From the NCBI RefSeq assembly GCF_009914755.1, contig NC_060939.1: a stretch of DNA of 64,000 nucleotides; one strand, written 5' to 3'. This DNA is from the human T2T-CHM13v2.0 reference genome, Homo sapiens. The notes beneath the pieces are model-generated. The model did no database searches. It had not been told where the DNA came from and saw only the letters and a program-made list of their open reading frames with translations. Positions 42,428-55,592 of this stretch are shown here, one piece after another; within the stretch, counting starts at the first letter, position 1; every line of letters begins with the position of its first letter. The position numbers were made by a program, and so were the translations under genes.

Positions 42428-43964
42428 CTGCAAGGAAGCAGTCGCATGTCTGGGCATTGCTGGGACCAGCCCCGCCCACTCCCCACAGCCCACTCCCCAC
42501 AGCCCCCTGCTGGCTTGGGGAGAGGGAGCTTGCTGGGGGTTGGGGAGCTGCTGGCTGGGAACAGGCTGGGAAAGGGAGGACCAGGTGCTACAGAACATGA
42601 GCTGAGCTTCAGGGCTGCTGTGGGGACACAGCCAAAGACAACAGCTCCCACAATGGGGTTTCTCGGGGCTGAGCCAGCCCCCCTCCCTCTTCCTCTTCTT
42701 TTGTTTTTAGCAAAAGGCAACCAGAAAGCAGCAAGTCCAGCTCCAGACTCTGTCTGCAGGGTTTTTAGGGTAGGGGTCCTTGATGGCAGGAAGGGCCGAT
42801 GGCCATCGCCATGCACCACAGGATGTGGGGGCCAGAAACGTTTGGTAGGACTGCCTTGTCCACCTCTTCTTTGTGTGTGGCAGGGAGGAGATGGCCCAGA
42901 GAGGGATGAGGGCCAGTGGCCACCCAGCAGGCCAACAAGGCATCCGCCCCTTGTCTGGCAGCGCTTCTGCCACACTGCTGACCTGGGCCCTGATACTCCC
43001 CTTGCCCTTCGCCCCGCGGTGGGGAAACATGCGACCCTCCTCGCCTCCTCCCTGCCCCACCTGGGGGCATTACTGAGGCTTTGCACAGACCCCTGATGCG
43101 CTCCCTGGTCTCACCCTCACGAGGTTTCCCAGGAGACCTCAGCGGCCCCTTCTCTGCAGGAGTGGCTGGGCGTGGGTGGGGAAGCCTGGGCTATGTCCTG
43201 CTCCATCCCCACTCCAGAGCTCCTGGGTTTGTCGGTGCCTCAACCCAGAAACCACACCTTTGACTTATATCTCACCAGGGAGGTGCTTTGCTAAGGAGCC
43301 CTCATCCCCACTCCCATTTCTTTCTCTTTCCCCAGCTGTGCAGACCCTGCTCCTGGGAGCACTGCTGCCGCCTACTGGCTCCTGCCACAGCTCCTCTCTG
43401 ATTCCCAAGTCCACGCAGCTTGGCCTCAATTAGGTCTCCTACTCCAGAACCTTCTATGGCTGCCTGCTGCCCAGGGCTGATGTCCAAACACTCCCTGCAA
43501 TCTGGCGTCTCCCTCCCTTTCCCAGCTACTTTGCTTCTCCCTTCACATACCCACCCTCTATTCACATGAGCTTTTAAGCACAGTTGGGTGGTAGGTACTC
43601 ACGAAATGGTAGTTTCTCTCCCCATCCCTCCTCATACACAGCACAGTGGCAGAGGCCAGAAATTTGAAAAACTTGTGAGGCTGCAGAACAGTGGGACTGG
43701 CTAAGGGCAGGTGGCAGACTAGTGGCTGGGAGTGGTAGGAATTCTCTCTGAGTTAAAGGATGGGCTGCTAGCATGGGGATGGCTGGCTCATTTGGTCACT
43801 TGAATGTAATTTTGTGGGAGAAAAGACAAATAAAAGCCACCTCAGGCCTCCCATCCCTCCCTGGTCTTCTGTGTTCACTCTTGTTGCTCTTGCCGCCCTC
43901 CCCAAACTACCTGTGCCTCCCAGTGCCCACCCTGACCCTCCCCCACATTGTCCCCAGTCTCAAC

Positions 43965-44063
43965 CTTGGCCTTGGCCCGGAAGAAGGGATAGCTGACGTT
44001 GCAGACTTGCTTCTGGAGCCTCCTCTCCTCGTTCACACACTCAATGCTACCGTCTGAGTCCTC
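43965..44063 (-). CDS. ITGA11: ITGA11 exon 21 (EDSDGSIECVNEERRLQKQVCNVSYPFFRAKAK)
   Basis: AG/GT flanks, 99 nt. Confidence 0.95.
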
Positions 44064-44529
44064 CTGGAGGTGGGTGGCAGACATCATGGCAGCAGTTAGG
44101 TGGGGCCTGGGACCAGGTCTCGAGGCTCCCTCACCCCCAGCCTGCACCCCACTCTGCAGGGGCCGCCTCAGCCCCTGATACCCATATGAAAGCCCGGACC
44201 ACAGCCCTTCTGATGTCTGAGACCCCAGAGGCCCCAGAGGCCAGGGTGTGGCTTGGTTCCTGGTACTTGGCATGACACGGGGCGGGACACACTCAGAGGC
44301 GGTGGGGAGGATGGCGGGGGCTCATGTATGCGTCTCATTTTGCTCACCTGTTAAATGGGGATGACAGTAACTACCTCATCTAGTTGTTATGAGGATTACA
44401 TGACGCGATGCACATAAATGCAGCGCCTATCCCATGCCCTGCCTATTGTCATCACTCGTATGTGGCAGCTACAGTTATGATGATTATTTGTCCCTGCTGT
44501 GTTCTCTGCACTGTTGGGCATTACCTGGG

Positions 44530-44725
44530 CACATGGCTGTGTATGTCTCTGGGCATGCATGCACCCGTGTGGATGTGAGCATGTGTCTGTGGAGACTCTG
44601 TGTGTGTCTGCGTGTCAGTGCATGTGTGTGCATGTACCTGCTGCATGTACACAGAGCATGTGCATTTCCCAGGACAAATATGTAGGCTGCTGTGTTTTTG
44701 CATGTGTGTGCAAAAAGTGTGTGAT
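44530..44725. repeat. Degenerate TG/CA-rich low-complexity tract
   Basis: Read directly. Confidence 0.8.
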
Positions 44726-46494
44726 CAGACTAACACATCTGCATTTGGCTGAGAGGGGTGCTTTCTCTACTAGAGTTCCCCTTGGCTGGATGTTGGGGAG
44801 AGAGAGGAGAGGAATGCTGACCTCACAGCCATGAGCGTTTCCTGGGTTGGGGATGGGTGGTGGCACCTGTGAAGGAGGTAGGCTCCAGGCTAACTCTGCA
44901 CCCCACCTGCTATGTGTGGGGACACAGCACTTCACAGAACATGTCTCCCACTTCTCTTTACCTCCACTCATTTCCAAAAGCTCTTCTGAGCCACAGAAAC
45001 TATCTCCATGATTCCCTCCCCAGGATTAGGAGCAAGCATGAGACTGGCCTTGTGAAGTCTGGGCCAGGGAAGCAGGGGAAGGCGGATGCTGGTGTGGGGC
45101 TTGATTCCCTCCGTATACCTGAAATCCAGACAGACACAAGTCCCTGGACAGGAGGGGACTTCGAGAGACCATCAGGTGGGCTCTTCATCATCAGCCTGGG
45201 CTGTCACTCTGGGCAGTGGAGAGGGAGTGGGATTGGGGCCCAGGCCTGGGCCTGACAGAAGGAACTGTGGCTGCAGATAGGCCTTGAGGTCTGTTTGAGG
45301 ATGGGGGAGCCCACTGAGGAGGAAGGGGGTACCCGAGTAGGCAGCTCCTCGCTTTCCTGGGGTGGCCTCCCTCCACTCAGCTTCCCCTCCTGGCTATAGG
45401 AACTGCTCCTGTGTGTGTGGCAAGCAAGGGGGGGGCACTTGGGGAGGGGTGCTGGGCAGTGGTTCTGGGGTGGAGAGGACAGACTGGCCTGGCACCTGTC
45501 TTGCCTGGCACACTGGGTTCCACATTGACACTGAGATCCTCGAGGACAGAGGCTGTGTCTGAGGGCCCTAGGACCCCCGCAACACCCACACATGACATTG
45601 ATGTCTGAGTTTACTCAACAAACTTGTCTTGAGGGCCTTCTATGTGCCCAGCTCTGGACACAGACATGGCTAAGACAGGGCTCTTGCCACCTGGGAGTCA
45701 AGGGTTTCAAGAGGCCAGCACTTGGAGACTGATGTTTCTTCAGAGCACATGAAGGGCTGTACCAGATGCTATGCGGGCTGGAGGGCCGCCTGTGGCCTTG
45801 GAGAGCTTTGGGAAAGATACCCCAGAGAGCAGGGCTGAGGACTATGCTTTGTCACATAGCGCAGGCTCAGGCGCCAGCTGTGGGGTGGGAATTCCGCTCT
45901 GCGGCTCACCAGCTGTGTGGTCCTGGGCAGGCCTTAACCCCTCCCTATGCCTCAGTTTCCTCCTCTGTAAAATGGGGACACCACCACCACCACTACCACC
46001 ACTACTGCTATGTCTGAGGTTGCTGCAAGGGTTAAATGCATGCCAAGTGCTAGCACAGCGCTGGACGCCGTGAGTAGGCAATATGTGGATGGTCACCAAG
46101 TGGGAGCAGGAGCCTGTTGGGCAGAGGAGAGAGGAGTCCCAGGTGGGGGCCATGGTGGGAACCAGCAGGGCGTGCTGGGAACAAGGTGGCCCGTGGCACA
46201 GTTAGAGGAGAAGTGGCAGGAGGTGGGTGAGATGGGCCTTGAATGCCACAATGAGGAGCCTGGAGTTTGTTCTGACAGCAGCTGGGAGTGATCAGAAGTT
46301 TTAACCTGGGGAAGAACCGGTTCTGATTCTTGTCAGAAGGACCTTCCGAGCAAGCCTGCAGGGTGCACTGTTGGTAGAACGTGTGGATGGCTGGTGGCAC
46401 ATGCGTGGTGTGTGTGCCCCTAACCAGGGCCCAGGAGTCGGGCTGAAGGGTATTCCTCCCTGTGTTCCCAAAGGGCTCAGACTCCCCTAGTGCC

Positions 46495-46820
<326 letters not shown>

Positions 46821-46884
46821 CACCTGGCCTTCCTTTTCCTCTGTGCCAGGCAGAGGCAGTCTGGGCAGGTCGCTGAGGTCTTAC

Positions 46885-47092
46885 CTTCTGGATCAAGCTG
46901 GCAAACTGCAGGTTTGCTGACTGCGAGATATTTAGGACCGTGCTGTAGGCGTTCTCGCCCCTGTTCTCCAGTGTGGCCTCCACCGCCACTCGCTGGCGTG
47001 TGCTCTCTATGATGAAGACTGTGGTGTCGAAGGACAGCGTGTATGCGGAGCAGTCCTGCGCAGGCTTCCTCAGCACCCTCTGGCAGTACTCC
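46885..47092 (-). CDS. ITGA11: ITGA11 exon 20 (EYCQRVLRKPAQDC...ENRGENAY...ASLIQK)
   Basis: AG/GT flanks, 208 nt, integrin NxGENAY motif. Confidence 0.96.
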
Positions 47093-48115
47093 CTGAGAAC
47101 AAGAGACCACCAGAGACTGGGCAGATGGAATGAGGAAAGCAGGGGTAGAGAGGAGCCCCAGGGTTGGGGCAAAAAGGTGGGTCTGGGCACTTGACTGGCC
47201 TCTGCTCATGGGAATAGCCACTGGGAGGAGAGTGGAAATGGATGGCAGGGCTGGAAAGAGCTCACCCTTCAAGACCACTTCCTATTTCAAAGGCCCTTGG
47301 TGTCCCCACCATAGAGATCATACCCTCCGCTGAACCCAGAGCTCTTATTTGACCTCACCACTCACGCATCACCACTCCGCACATCATGTTTCCCTTTTGG
47401 CCTTGGCTGCTAGGAAGCTCAGCACTAATGTAGAGATAATCCTTATTTTAGCCTAGCTGGTTAGAATATGTGCTCCATTATCCTTCTACAAGTTTTGAAT
47501 GTGCTATTTCTCTTTATTATCTATGTCATGGTATATATGTTTTCTATCTAAATCATCTCATAGTTGGATCAAAGTTGAGCATAAATTATTGGAAAATATG
47601 TTACATAAATTAAGAATATGATATTGTTCATTATTTTCCCTTGTATGTTCGTTTGTCTCTTCCAGGGGATTGTAGGTCCCCTGCTCACCCTCGGCTGGTG
47701 TCCCTGGCATCTTTCCATCAGAAGGATTGGAAAGCCCAAGGTGTTCAGCCAGCGGGCCTAGAGGTCACCTCATCTGGGGGCTGAAGGACAAGCACCCAGA
47801 ACTCCAGAGACTCCTGTCTCTACCTTTCATCTATTTTGTAATGTGGGCTCCGAAGAAAGGGTTTCTTTTTTTTTTTTTTTAACAAAATTTGAAATTAGAT
47901 TAGACTAGTAGTTTCATATTACAGAAGAGACTTTCCTGAGGTTATGCAGGAGTTGGTGGCAGAGCCTGGGCTAGAACGCAGGCTCCAAGTGCAATGTTTG
48001 ATCCATGCTGCCTGTGAGGAGGATGTCCAGGAAATAATCCAGGGCCCCAGGAGCCCCAGAGCCTCTGGCAGTGAAGGGGAAGGGGCGAGGGTGGGGGTGG
48101 AAGGAGCCAACTCAC

Positions 48116-48201
48116 ATGGCCGTGGGCAGGTCACTCCGGGCATCCAACACAAGGTCAGGGACACAGTGCTCATCCTCATTGCAGCCGTTCCAGAAGGGCA
48201 C
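48116..48201 (-). CDS. ITGA11: ITGA11 exon 19 (VPFWNGCNEDEHCVPDLVLDARSDLPTA)
   Basis: AG/GT flanks, 86 nt, genu CxxDxxCxxDL motif. Confidence 0.95.
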
Positions 48202-49282
48202 CTGGGCCAGGGAGAGCCAGGTGTGGGCAGCTGGGTAGGGACCCGCAGCCCCTCGCCCTCAATGTACACCAGCTCTGTCTCCACCACACTAGACATGGGC
48301 TGGCTTTCCTGCACTGTCCCCAGACACCACACTGCTCTGTCTTGTGCTTTTCCATAGATGCTTCCCTCTTTAAAACGATGCTCAAAGCTCAGCTCCTCCT
48401 GGCTCCCCTCCAGTTCATAACTGAGCTGATGGCACAGAACCCCCACCCCCACTCACCCAGCAGAGCGGTTCTGGTCAACATTTATTGATCATCTACTGTG
48501 TGTGGGCAAGGGCTTTGGTACTGGGGATACAAAACAAGAAAGATGCAGCTTCTGCCCTCAGCTCAAGGGGAAGATTGGTGTATGAACAAATCACTAGTGT
48601 AAAATGTGCAAAAAAACCGAAAAGAAATGTGCATGAGGAATAGAAGAGGCAGAGAGGAGAAACAGCTGTTTTGGCCTGTAGGAAGTCAGGGAAGCCTTCG
48701 AGGAAGTGACAGGGGATCAGAGTTCTGAAGGACGGTCAAGGTAGCTGTGTGGACCGGGATGGAGGTGGTGAAGTCCAGGAGGAAGGACGGCCTGATGCAG
48801 GGGCCCTGGGGCAGGAGCGGGACGGTGAGTCTGGGAAATGATAGGTGGGTCAGTGTTGCTGTGGTAAGAGACACAGGGGTGGGAGAGAGGAAGAGATGGT
48901 CAGGGGCCTGTGTTTACAGGGCCTTGGGGTCATTCCTTGCAACTGGTAGGAGTCGCCGAATGCCTCAGGCAGGGAATGTCCTGACAGACCTGCATGCTGA
49001 AGGCTGCCCTGGCTGCTGTGGGAGAATGGAGTGAGAAGATGGAGGCTCGAGGCAGGGAGACCATTGAGGAGGCTGCCACAACATTCGGGCAAGAGATGAC
49101 GCTGGTGTCGGTGTGGTAGTGGGCATGAGAGGAGGAAATAGGTTAGTGACCCCAGAGGCGGGATCAATAGGAACCTGGAGGTTGTCGGGGCTGAGGGAGA
49201 AAGGGGTCCAGGGTGTCAGCTGAGTTTCTTTTTTAGGTGTCTAGAAGGATAATCATGGCATTTGGTAATAAAAGCAGGGGTT

Positions 49283-49572
49283 GGCTGGGCGTGGTGGCTC
49301 ACACCTGTAATCCTAGCACTCTGGGAGGCTGAGACAGGTGGATCAACTGAGGTCAGGAGTTCAAGAACAACCAGGCCAACATGGTGAAACTTTGTCTCTG
49401 CTAAAAAATACAAAAATTAGCTGGGCGCAGTGGCTGCAGTCCCAGCTACTCGGGAGGCTGAGGCAGGAGAATTGCTTGAACTCAGGCAGAGGCTGCAGTG
49501 GGCCAAGATCGTGCCACTACACTCCAACCTGGGTGACAGAGGGAGATACCATTTCAAAAAAAAAAAAAAGAA
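49283..49572 (+). mobile_element. AluS-like element with TSD AAAGYAGGGGTT, within L2-like sequence (about 48470-49700)
   Basis: Full Alu dimer with flanking direct repeat. Confidence 0.92.
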
Positions 49573-51827
49573 AGTAGGGGTTAAGTGAGAAGTTCAGTGT
49601 GGGGCATGTTGAGTTTGAAGTGCCTGTGGCCCACCCAGGGCGAGGACCTCAGCAGGCAGATGGATATTCAAGCCTGGAGCTGAGGGGCAGTAACTGTCAC
49701 TACCGACAACACAGCCCAAACCAGGGGAGAGGAAACAGGTGTCACAAAGTCATGTGTATCTTAAATTCATTAACTTTTCTTGAAGGAGAGCTCTCTGGCC
49801 CTCAGTCAGATCCACACGCTCTTGCTTTAAGCATGGATCTACCCATCTCGCCCCTCAGCTCCCCACCGCAAGGTGGATCTGCCGACTGCAATGGTAGCCA
49901 GCGAAGCCATATCCAGGGGTCACCGTGGAGCCGTTTGGGAAAGGAACTTAGTTCAGGATAGGGGCTTTACGGCATTCTAGCACCAAAGTTCATCCTGGTG
50001 AGTTCAAGTCTCGAAGAAAAAACAGCCAGCTCCCACTCAGCATACTGTTTAAGAAGTTTGAGAACTATATAATGACCTTCAGAAGAATTTCTATCTGGCT
50101 GATTAAAATAAATAATTTAATGTAATAAGCAACTGTTACACTCAATAATATGGGATGGCTCACTTCCCCAACAGGCCAGATATTATGGTATTAGAACAGC
50201 GCTGGGCATTTAGTAGAGGCAAAGTAAGACTCTGTAGAATGATGGGAAGAATGTGTCTCACTTGCTGGGGGCTAGAAATCCAGATAAATCAGAGTTTTAG
50301 AAACTTAGCTGCTCTACAAAGTTTTCAGCTCTGTTTCTCACCTTTTCTTTATAAGGTGAGAAAGGGGTTTACCTGAAGCTGCATCCTGCCTTTCCTATTT
50401 CCCTGCCTTGGTGATGCTGTCAGCTCTCCCGGAATAAAAGCCCATCCTCCCTGTCTCTGCATGTCTGAATCCTGCCTAGCCTTTAAAGTCTGGCCAAAGG
50501 CTCCCTCCTCCAGGAAGGCCCTCTGACCTATCATCTGATTGCTTGATTGTACGTCCTCCAAGTGCATACTGCCTCCCACCTGACCTGTGCTGCTCATTAC
50601 CACCTTGCACGGAGATCGTCGGTGTCAGAGCAGGGATTACCCTGTGTGTTAATCTGCACTGTGGGCTTCAGCATGCTTGTGGGGTGAGTGCCACGTACTC
50701 ATTCATTTGCCATAGTGACTTTGTAATTACTGCGAGAGGACAAAAATGACTTAGTGCGCCCAGCTTTCCCCTTCTCCCGGCTCACTAACGATGAATCCAG
50801 CTTTGCCAGCCCAGGAGCTCAGACTTAGGAGAAAGAGGGGAGGTGTGAGGACGGGGGTTTGGCAGGGGACTGTGGGAGGCCTGGGGAGAGGGGTGTGGAG
50901 GGGCTGTGGGGGATGATGGGTGTGAATGAGAGAAGGGGAGGTTTTCAGGGGCATTGCTGTGGACTGTACGGTCCTTTCCTGGTGTTGAAGAAATGCAGGT
51001 AAGAACTTGAATAATTCTGAAACTGCTTCCTGGCCGAACTCTGTCACTCACACAGACGTTGCTCAGAGACTGGACCTCACAGAATGGCTTAAGAGCACCG
51101 TGGTGTGCTTAAAAGTTGTTTCCCAAATCCTCAAGGTTCAGGCATTAGCTATTCCATTTTATAACTTTTGCCTGCTCTTGCAGCACAGCAGCAGAATTGA
51201 TCACTGCCTGACATTTTCCTTGAGTGGGATTTACATGGAGTTGCGGCTGCAGGGAGCATTTGAATGTTAGATGTCAAACATTTTGGATGCCCCAGAGCCA
51301 GGGATTAGAAAATGTGGCTGAGGGATGGGGCCGCTTCTTTTTGGAATGCTTAGGACCGCTGTCAGTCAGTTAAAACACTTCTTTTTGCAATACTTAGGAG
51401 CTCTGTGAATCAGTTAGTCACCTAACAAGCAGAACCCCAGGCTCTAAGAGTCACTCTCTGGTCTCCATTGTCCTCATCTGTAAAGGAGGGAGGTGGGTGA
51501 TTAAGATCTCCGATCCCTTCTCATCCAGTGGTTCTTTGTATTTCTCCGGTGCTCACCCTGTGCTCCCCTGTGCTGGGGATACGGGGAAACTTGAACAGGA
51601 GAAGGCCTGGGCCTTGCCCTTAAGGAATTGATCTGCTAACACTCAGCACAGGCCCCGAGAGAGGCAGGAAGGAGCCACACTGTGGGTTTGCCAGGACAGG
51701 AGGTGGGAAGGTGAGATGAGGGATGGTGTCCTCTGTACCCGGCACACTCAGGCTCTGGGCTTTGGGGTTGAGGTGGAGGTGGGGGTGGGGTTCATGCCCG
51801 AGGTGCGTGCCCTGTACCGAGATGTAC

Positions 51828-51938
51828 CGAGACTCTGAGAGTGGTGGGCCAGCCGTCGTCCAGCATGGGGCCATGGTCAGGGTCCTCCAGGGAATACTCG
51901 ACTGAGAAGGTCACTGGCTTCACGTAGTCAGCAGTGTC
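51828..51938 (-). CDS. ITGA11: ITGA11 exon 18 (DTADYVKPVTFSVEYSLEDPDHGPMLDDGWPTTLRVS)
   Basis: AG/GT flanks, 111 nt. Confidence 0.94.
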
Positions 51939-53350
51939 CTGGGGGGTGGAGATGAGGGCAGCGGTGAGGGAGGAGAGAACGTCATTTTATGAGCCAGGAC
52001 CGTGGATGCTGAGATAGAACTTCCACCTTCCTTAGATGGCAGGGCAGCTGCCCTGTGCCCTCAGGGTGAGTCTGCAGGTGGATGGAGGTTTCTAGCGGGT
52101 CTGTTGGTGGGAAGAGTGTGCTTCTGTGAAAGGAGCTCCAAGCTCAGCTCATGCCAACCTAGCTGCCTGGCTGTTTTGCCAAGCTCCTGCACATCCTTCG
52201 GGGCCAGACTCCCATTGCCCGGGTACCTCGGCCTCTGGGAAGCCTGGCAGTGCCCGCCTGTATCCCACCCCACCCACCACTCTCTTCAGACCAGTTACGC
52301 CTGCTGCTCATGTAGCATTTGAACCATATGACTGTGTGTCACTCTTCCTTCCCAAGCAAGGAATAGGCCTGGAGCCTCCCAGCATGGCCCTAGCACTGTG
52401 ATAAGGGCTTCAGCATGTGGAATTGGTGAATGAACAAACTCGTGAGCAAGACAGGGGCGCTCAGGTTGGTTCTGAGCATAGATGGTAAGTAAAGGGGTTG
52501 CTTAGAGCAGCCTAAAAATTTCCCCTTGGAACCTGCAATCCCTGATTATATAAAGGCAGTGGCTCTCAAACCTGAGCTGGCACCAGAGTCCCCTGGGAGC
52601 TTGTTAAAACACAGGGTGCTGGCGCCAGCCCCAGCCCCAGCCCCAGAGTTTCTGAGTCAGAACAAGTGAATTTCCAAGTTTGTGGGGAGGATGAAGATGC
52701 TGCTGGTGTGGATGCGTCTCAGGGGGCCCCTTAACAGGGATGCACCTTCTCAGACCTGCTCACATCTCTGAACTCTGGCCATTGAACTACTGGGACCAGG
52801 AGGGCTCTGAGTGACCCTGCTTGCATCTCTGGGGCTGGAGCTGTGAGCTGGGTATTTGGTATCTCTGGATGGAAGTAAACCTCTCATTCTCTTCCTTAGC
52901 TATAAAATGGGGCACCAGGCCACTACCCTACTTGTGACATCACTGGCGCCCCTCTCTGTCTCACCTCCTGTTTTGTACATGCCACTGTCTCCTGGACCTG
53001 GCCTTTAATTGTTAGCTGCTGCCTGCTTATCCCTCCCTTTGGGGCTGTGCCCCCCACCAGCTGCTCCTAGTTCTCTCTGCTGGACCTACTGAGCCCACCT
53101 TCCTCCCTTCGGCATCTGAGAGTGGCAGGAGAAGAGGTTTTGGAAGGATGTCTAGTGAGGTGGTATGTAGCGTGTCTCTGGGGCATGAGGTGGGAATGTG
53201 GAGTGGCCAAGGTCAGGGTACACTGTCCCTGGCTGGCTTCCTGAGGTCTGCTGGGGGCTTAGAACCAGCCAGGCAGACTCTCTGCCTCTCCCACGGCAGA
53301 TGCTCCTTCCTATAGGAGCCTGGGCTCTGCTGGTGGGGCTGCCAGCTTAC

Positions 53351-53493
53351 CAGGACATGGAAGTTGATCCGCTCACAGAGCTCCTGGCCGGAGGAGAGCA
53401 GTACGGCTCTGTTGGTGAATCGGTCCCCGCCCTCGTCCAGGTGGGCCCTCGGTGTATACCGCCTCTCATCCATGGTGGCGTTGTATCTGATGC
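53351..53493 (-). CDS. ITGA11: ITGA11 exon 17 (IRYNATMDERRYTPRAHL...INFHVL)
   Basis: AG/GT flanks, 143 nt. Confidence 0.95.
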
Positions 53494-54804
53494 CTGCAGG
53501 AGGGGAGAGGGCAAGACCACAAAGGTGGAGCCACATGCCCATCCAAGACTGTCTGCCTCCTCCAGGAAGCCCCCCAGGCTGGCCAGGGGAGAGCTGTTCC
53601 TTTCCTCTCACGAGCCCCAGTGTGGGTGAGAAACTCCCACATGGAGAGCAAGTGATTGCATGAGGAAGGTAAAGGAAGGAACCAAAGAAAAGGGGGAGGA
53701 AGAGGGTGGAGAAAGAGCAGAAGGAAGAAGTGGAGGGAAAGTGAACACCGCAGATGAGGAGGGGAGACAGGATGTGGGGCCAGGGTGGTGTCATGTTGAG
53801 CCCTTGCTGCAGTCAACAACCCCCTCCGCCTCTCCCTCCACCTTCCCTGTCTTTCCCTGGGCTCTGGGATCCCCCTCAGGGCTGGTCAGAGCCTTTGCTG
53901 GGTACTTCCTCTCACACCAAGGAGGGCTGGCCAGCCCCTTCCTGCCGGATCCTCAAATCTCTGACTCTATTCTGGGGCATAAACCCTGCAGCCTCCTCCC
54001 CTTCAGTTAGGTTTTGCCAATTCCCGGAAAGGCTCAGTCCCTTCTCCTGTTCTCCAGCACGCCCGCAGGTTGCTGCTGGCTCTCATATCTGTCTCCTCTC
54101 AGGGACAGAAGTTGAAAGAGAGGGGCACAGCCCCCAGGCCCACCTTTGTCCTCATCTTCCCTTTGGTCTCTTCTTTGTCTGGTCCTGCTCCTTGGCTGAG
54201 AGACTCCCTGAGTCCCTGTTTCCTGTGCCAGCACAGACAGTCCTGGAACCCGCAGCTCACTTCCTGAGACCACCTGGGGCCAGGGCTGTCATGAGTAGGT
54301 GTCTGACTCCAGACTTAGCTGGAAGTGATGGACCCTCAGAAGGAAACTGCCCTGCTGTGGACTCACACCCACTTCTGAGCGGGGCTCCCTGCTGCTGGGG
54401 TCTCACTGACCTGGCCTCCTGGTTTCCAGCACCCTCCCTGTAGGACTCCTGGGTCTGCCTCTTCCTCTGCATCCAGGCAGACTTCTGGGCTTCCACACCC
54501 CACTTTGCTCCACTGGCATCAGTCCTGTGCTCTGATCCAAACTCTACGCCCAGACTGTTTCCTTCTTCTCCTGTCCTCCCTGTCATGATCACCCCTGCTC
54601 ACTGCCACTCTCACCCTGGCATGACATCCCCTCTTTGCCCTTTGGAATGAGAGCATCAAATGGGATCCAGTAGTCATCCAAGGTGGCTCTTGGGCGACCT
54701 GGCACTTAGCACCCATTTTGGGAAAAGCCCAGGCTTTGAAATAGAGCAAGGTGCAGGGGGAGACTGGAGTCTGGGGGTGGGGAGAAAGGAGGGGCCTGCT
54801 TTAC

Positions 54805-54971
54805 CAACAGTTGTTGTTTGGAAATGGGGTGCCAGGAAGATGGGCGTGAAGCAGAGGAAGGCGGCCAGGCAGGTGGCATCCCTGCCACTGCGCTTGCAGT
54901 CTCTGTGGAAGATGTTGATCTTGGATGGCTCAAAGTGGAGGCTGGCATTGATCTGAACCACTGGGCGGGAC
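54805..54971 (-). CDS. ITGA11: ITGA11 exon 16 (SRPVVQINASLHFEPSKINIFHRDC...QTTTV), start of thigh domain
   Basis: AG/GT flanks, 167 nt. Confidence 0.95.
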
Positions 54972-55282
54972 CTGGAGGAGAAGGGCCAGTGAGCTGGGGT
55001 GGGGCAGGGGCTCAGGCTGCCCTGCTGTGACCATGGGGAAAGACAAGAACCAGATGCGAGTGGGATCTGCAAAGCCACTGGAGGGGGTGAGGTGGAGGAT
55101 GGAGGGGGCGAGGTGGAGGATGGAGGGGGCTTCGGATGTCAAAGGACTGGCAAGAGCGAGCACGGGGCGAAAGGGGCTCAGCCACCTCATGGCCCCTCCA
55201 TGCAGCCCCTCAGCACTTTCCCCGAGGGGCTGTGCTCGCTGTGGATCATGCTGACTTCCCTTTGCTCCCTCATCATCTTTTA

Positions 55283-55592
55283 TAGCAGTGGTTCCCCACC
55301 CTGGATGCACATGTGAGTCATCTGAAGAGCTTAAAAAAATCCTGGTGCCTCAGCTACACCCTAGGCAAAACCACATCAGAATCAGACCTTAGCAGGTTTT
55401 AAAGCAGTGCCTCTGAAATTTTCATATGTGTGCACGCCCCCTGGGGATCATGTTAAAATGCAGATTTTGATCCAATAGCTTGGCACTGATTTTGCATTTC
55501 TAACAAGATCCCAGGTGATGTGAACGTTCCATGGACCACACTTTGAAGAGCGAGGCGTTAAAGCACCCCAGGTGATTCCAACGTGCAGCCAG
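55283..55592. mobile_element. Nested MER5-like hAT fragments; similar copies near 52555-52710 and 55985-56155
   Basis: cagtggttccc...; tgttaaaatgcagatt...gcatttctaacaagatcccaggtgatg...ggaccacactttga. Confidence 0.65.

Noticed and set aside
42262-43096. Overlapping 274-aa (-) and 216-aa (+) ORFs near ITGA11 exon 22
   Set aside because: GC-rich intron with no domain similarity I can recognise; only the 77-nt exon fits the ITGA11 frame
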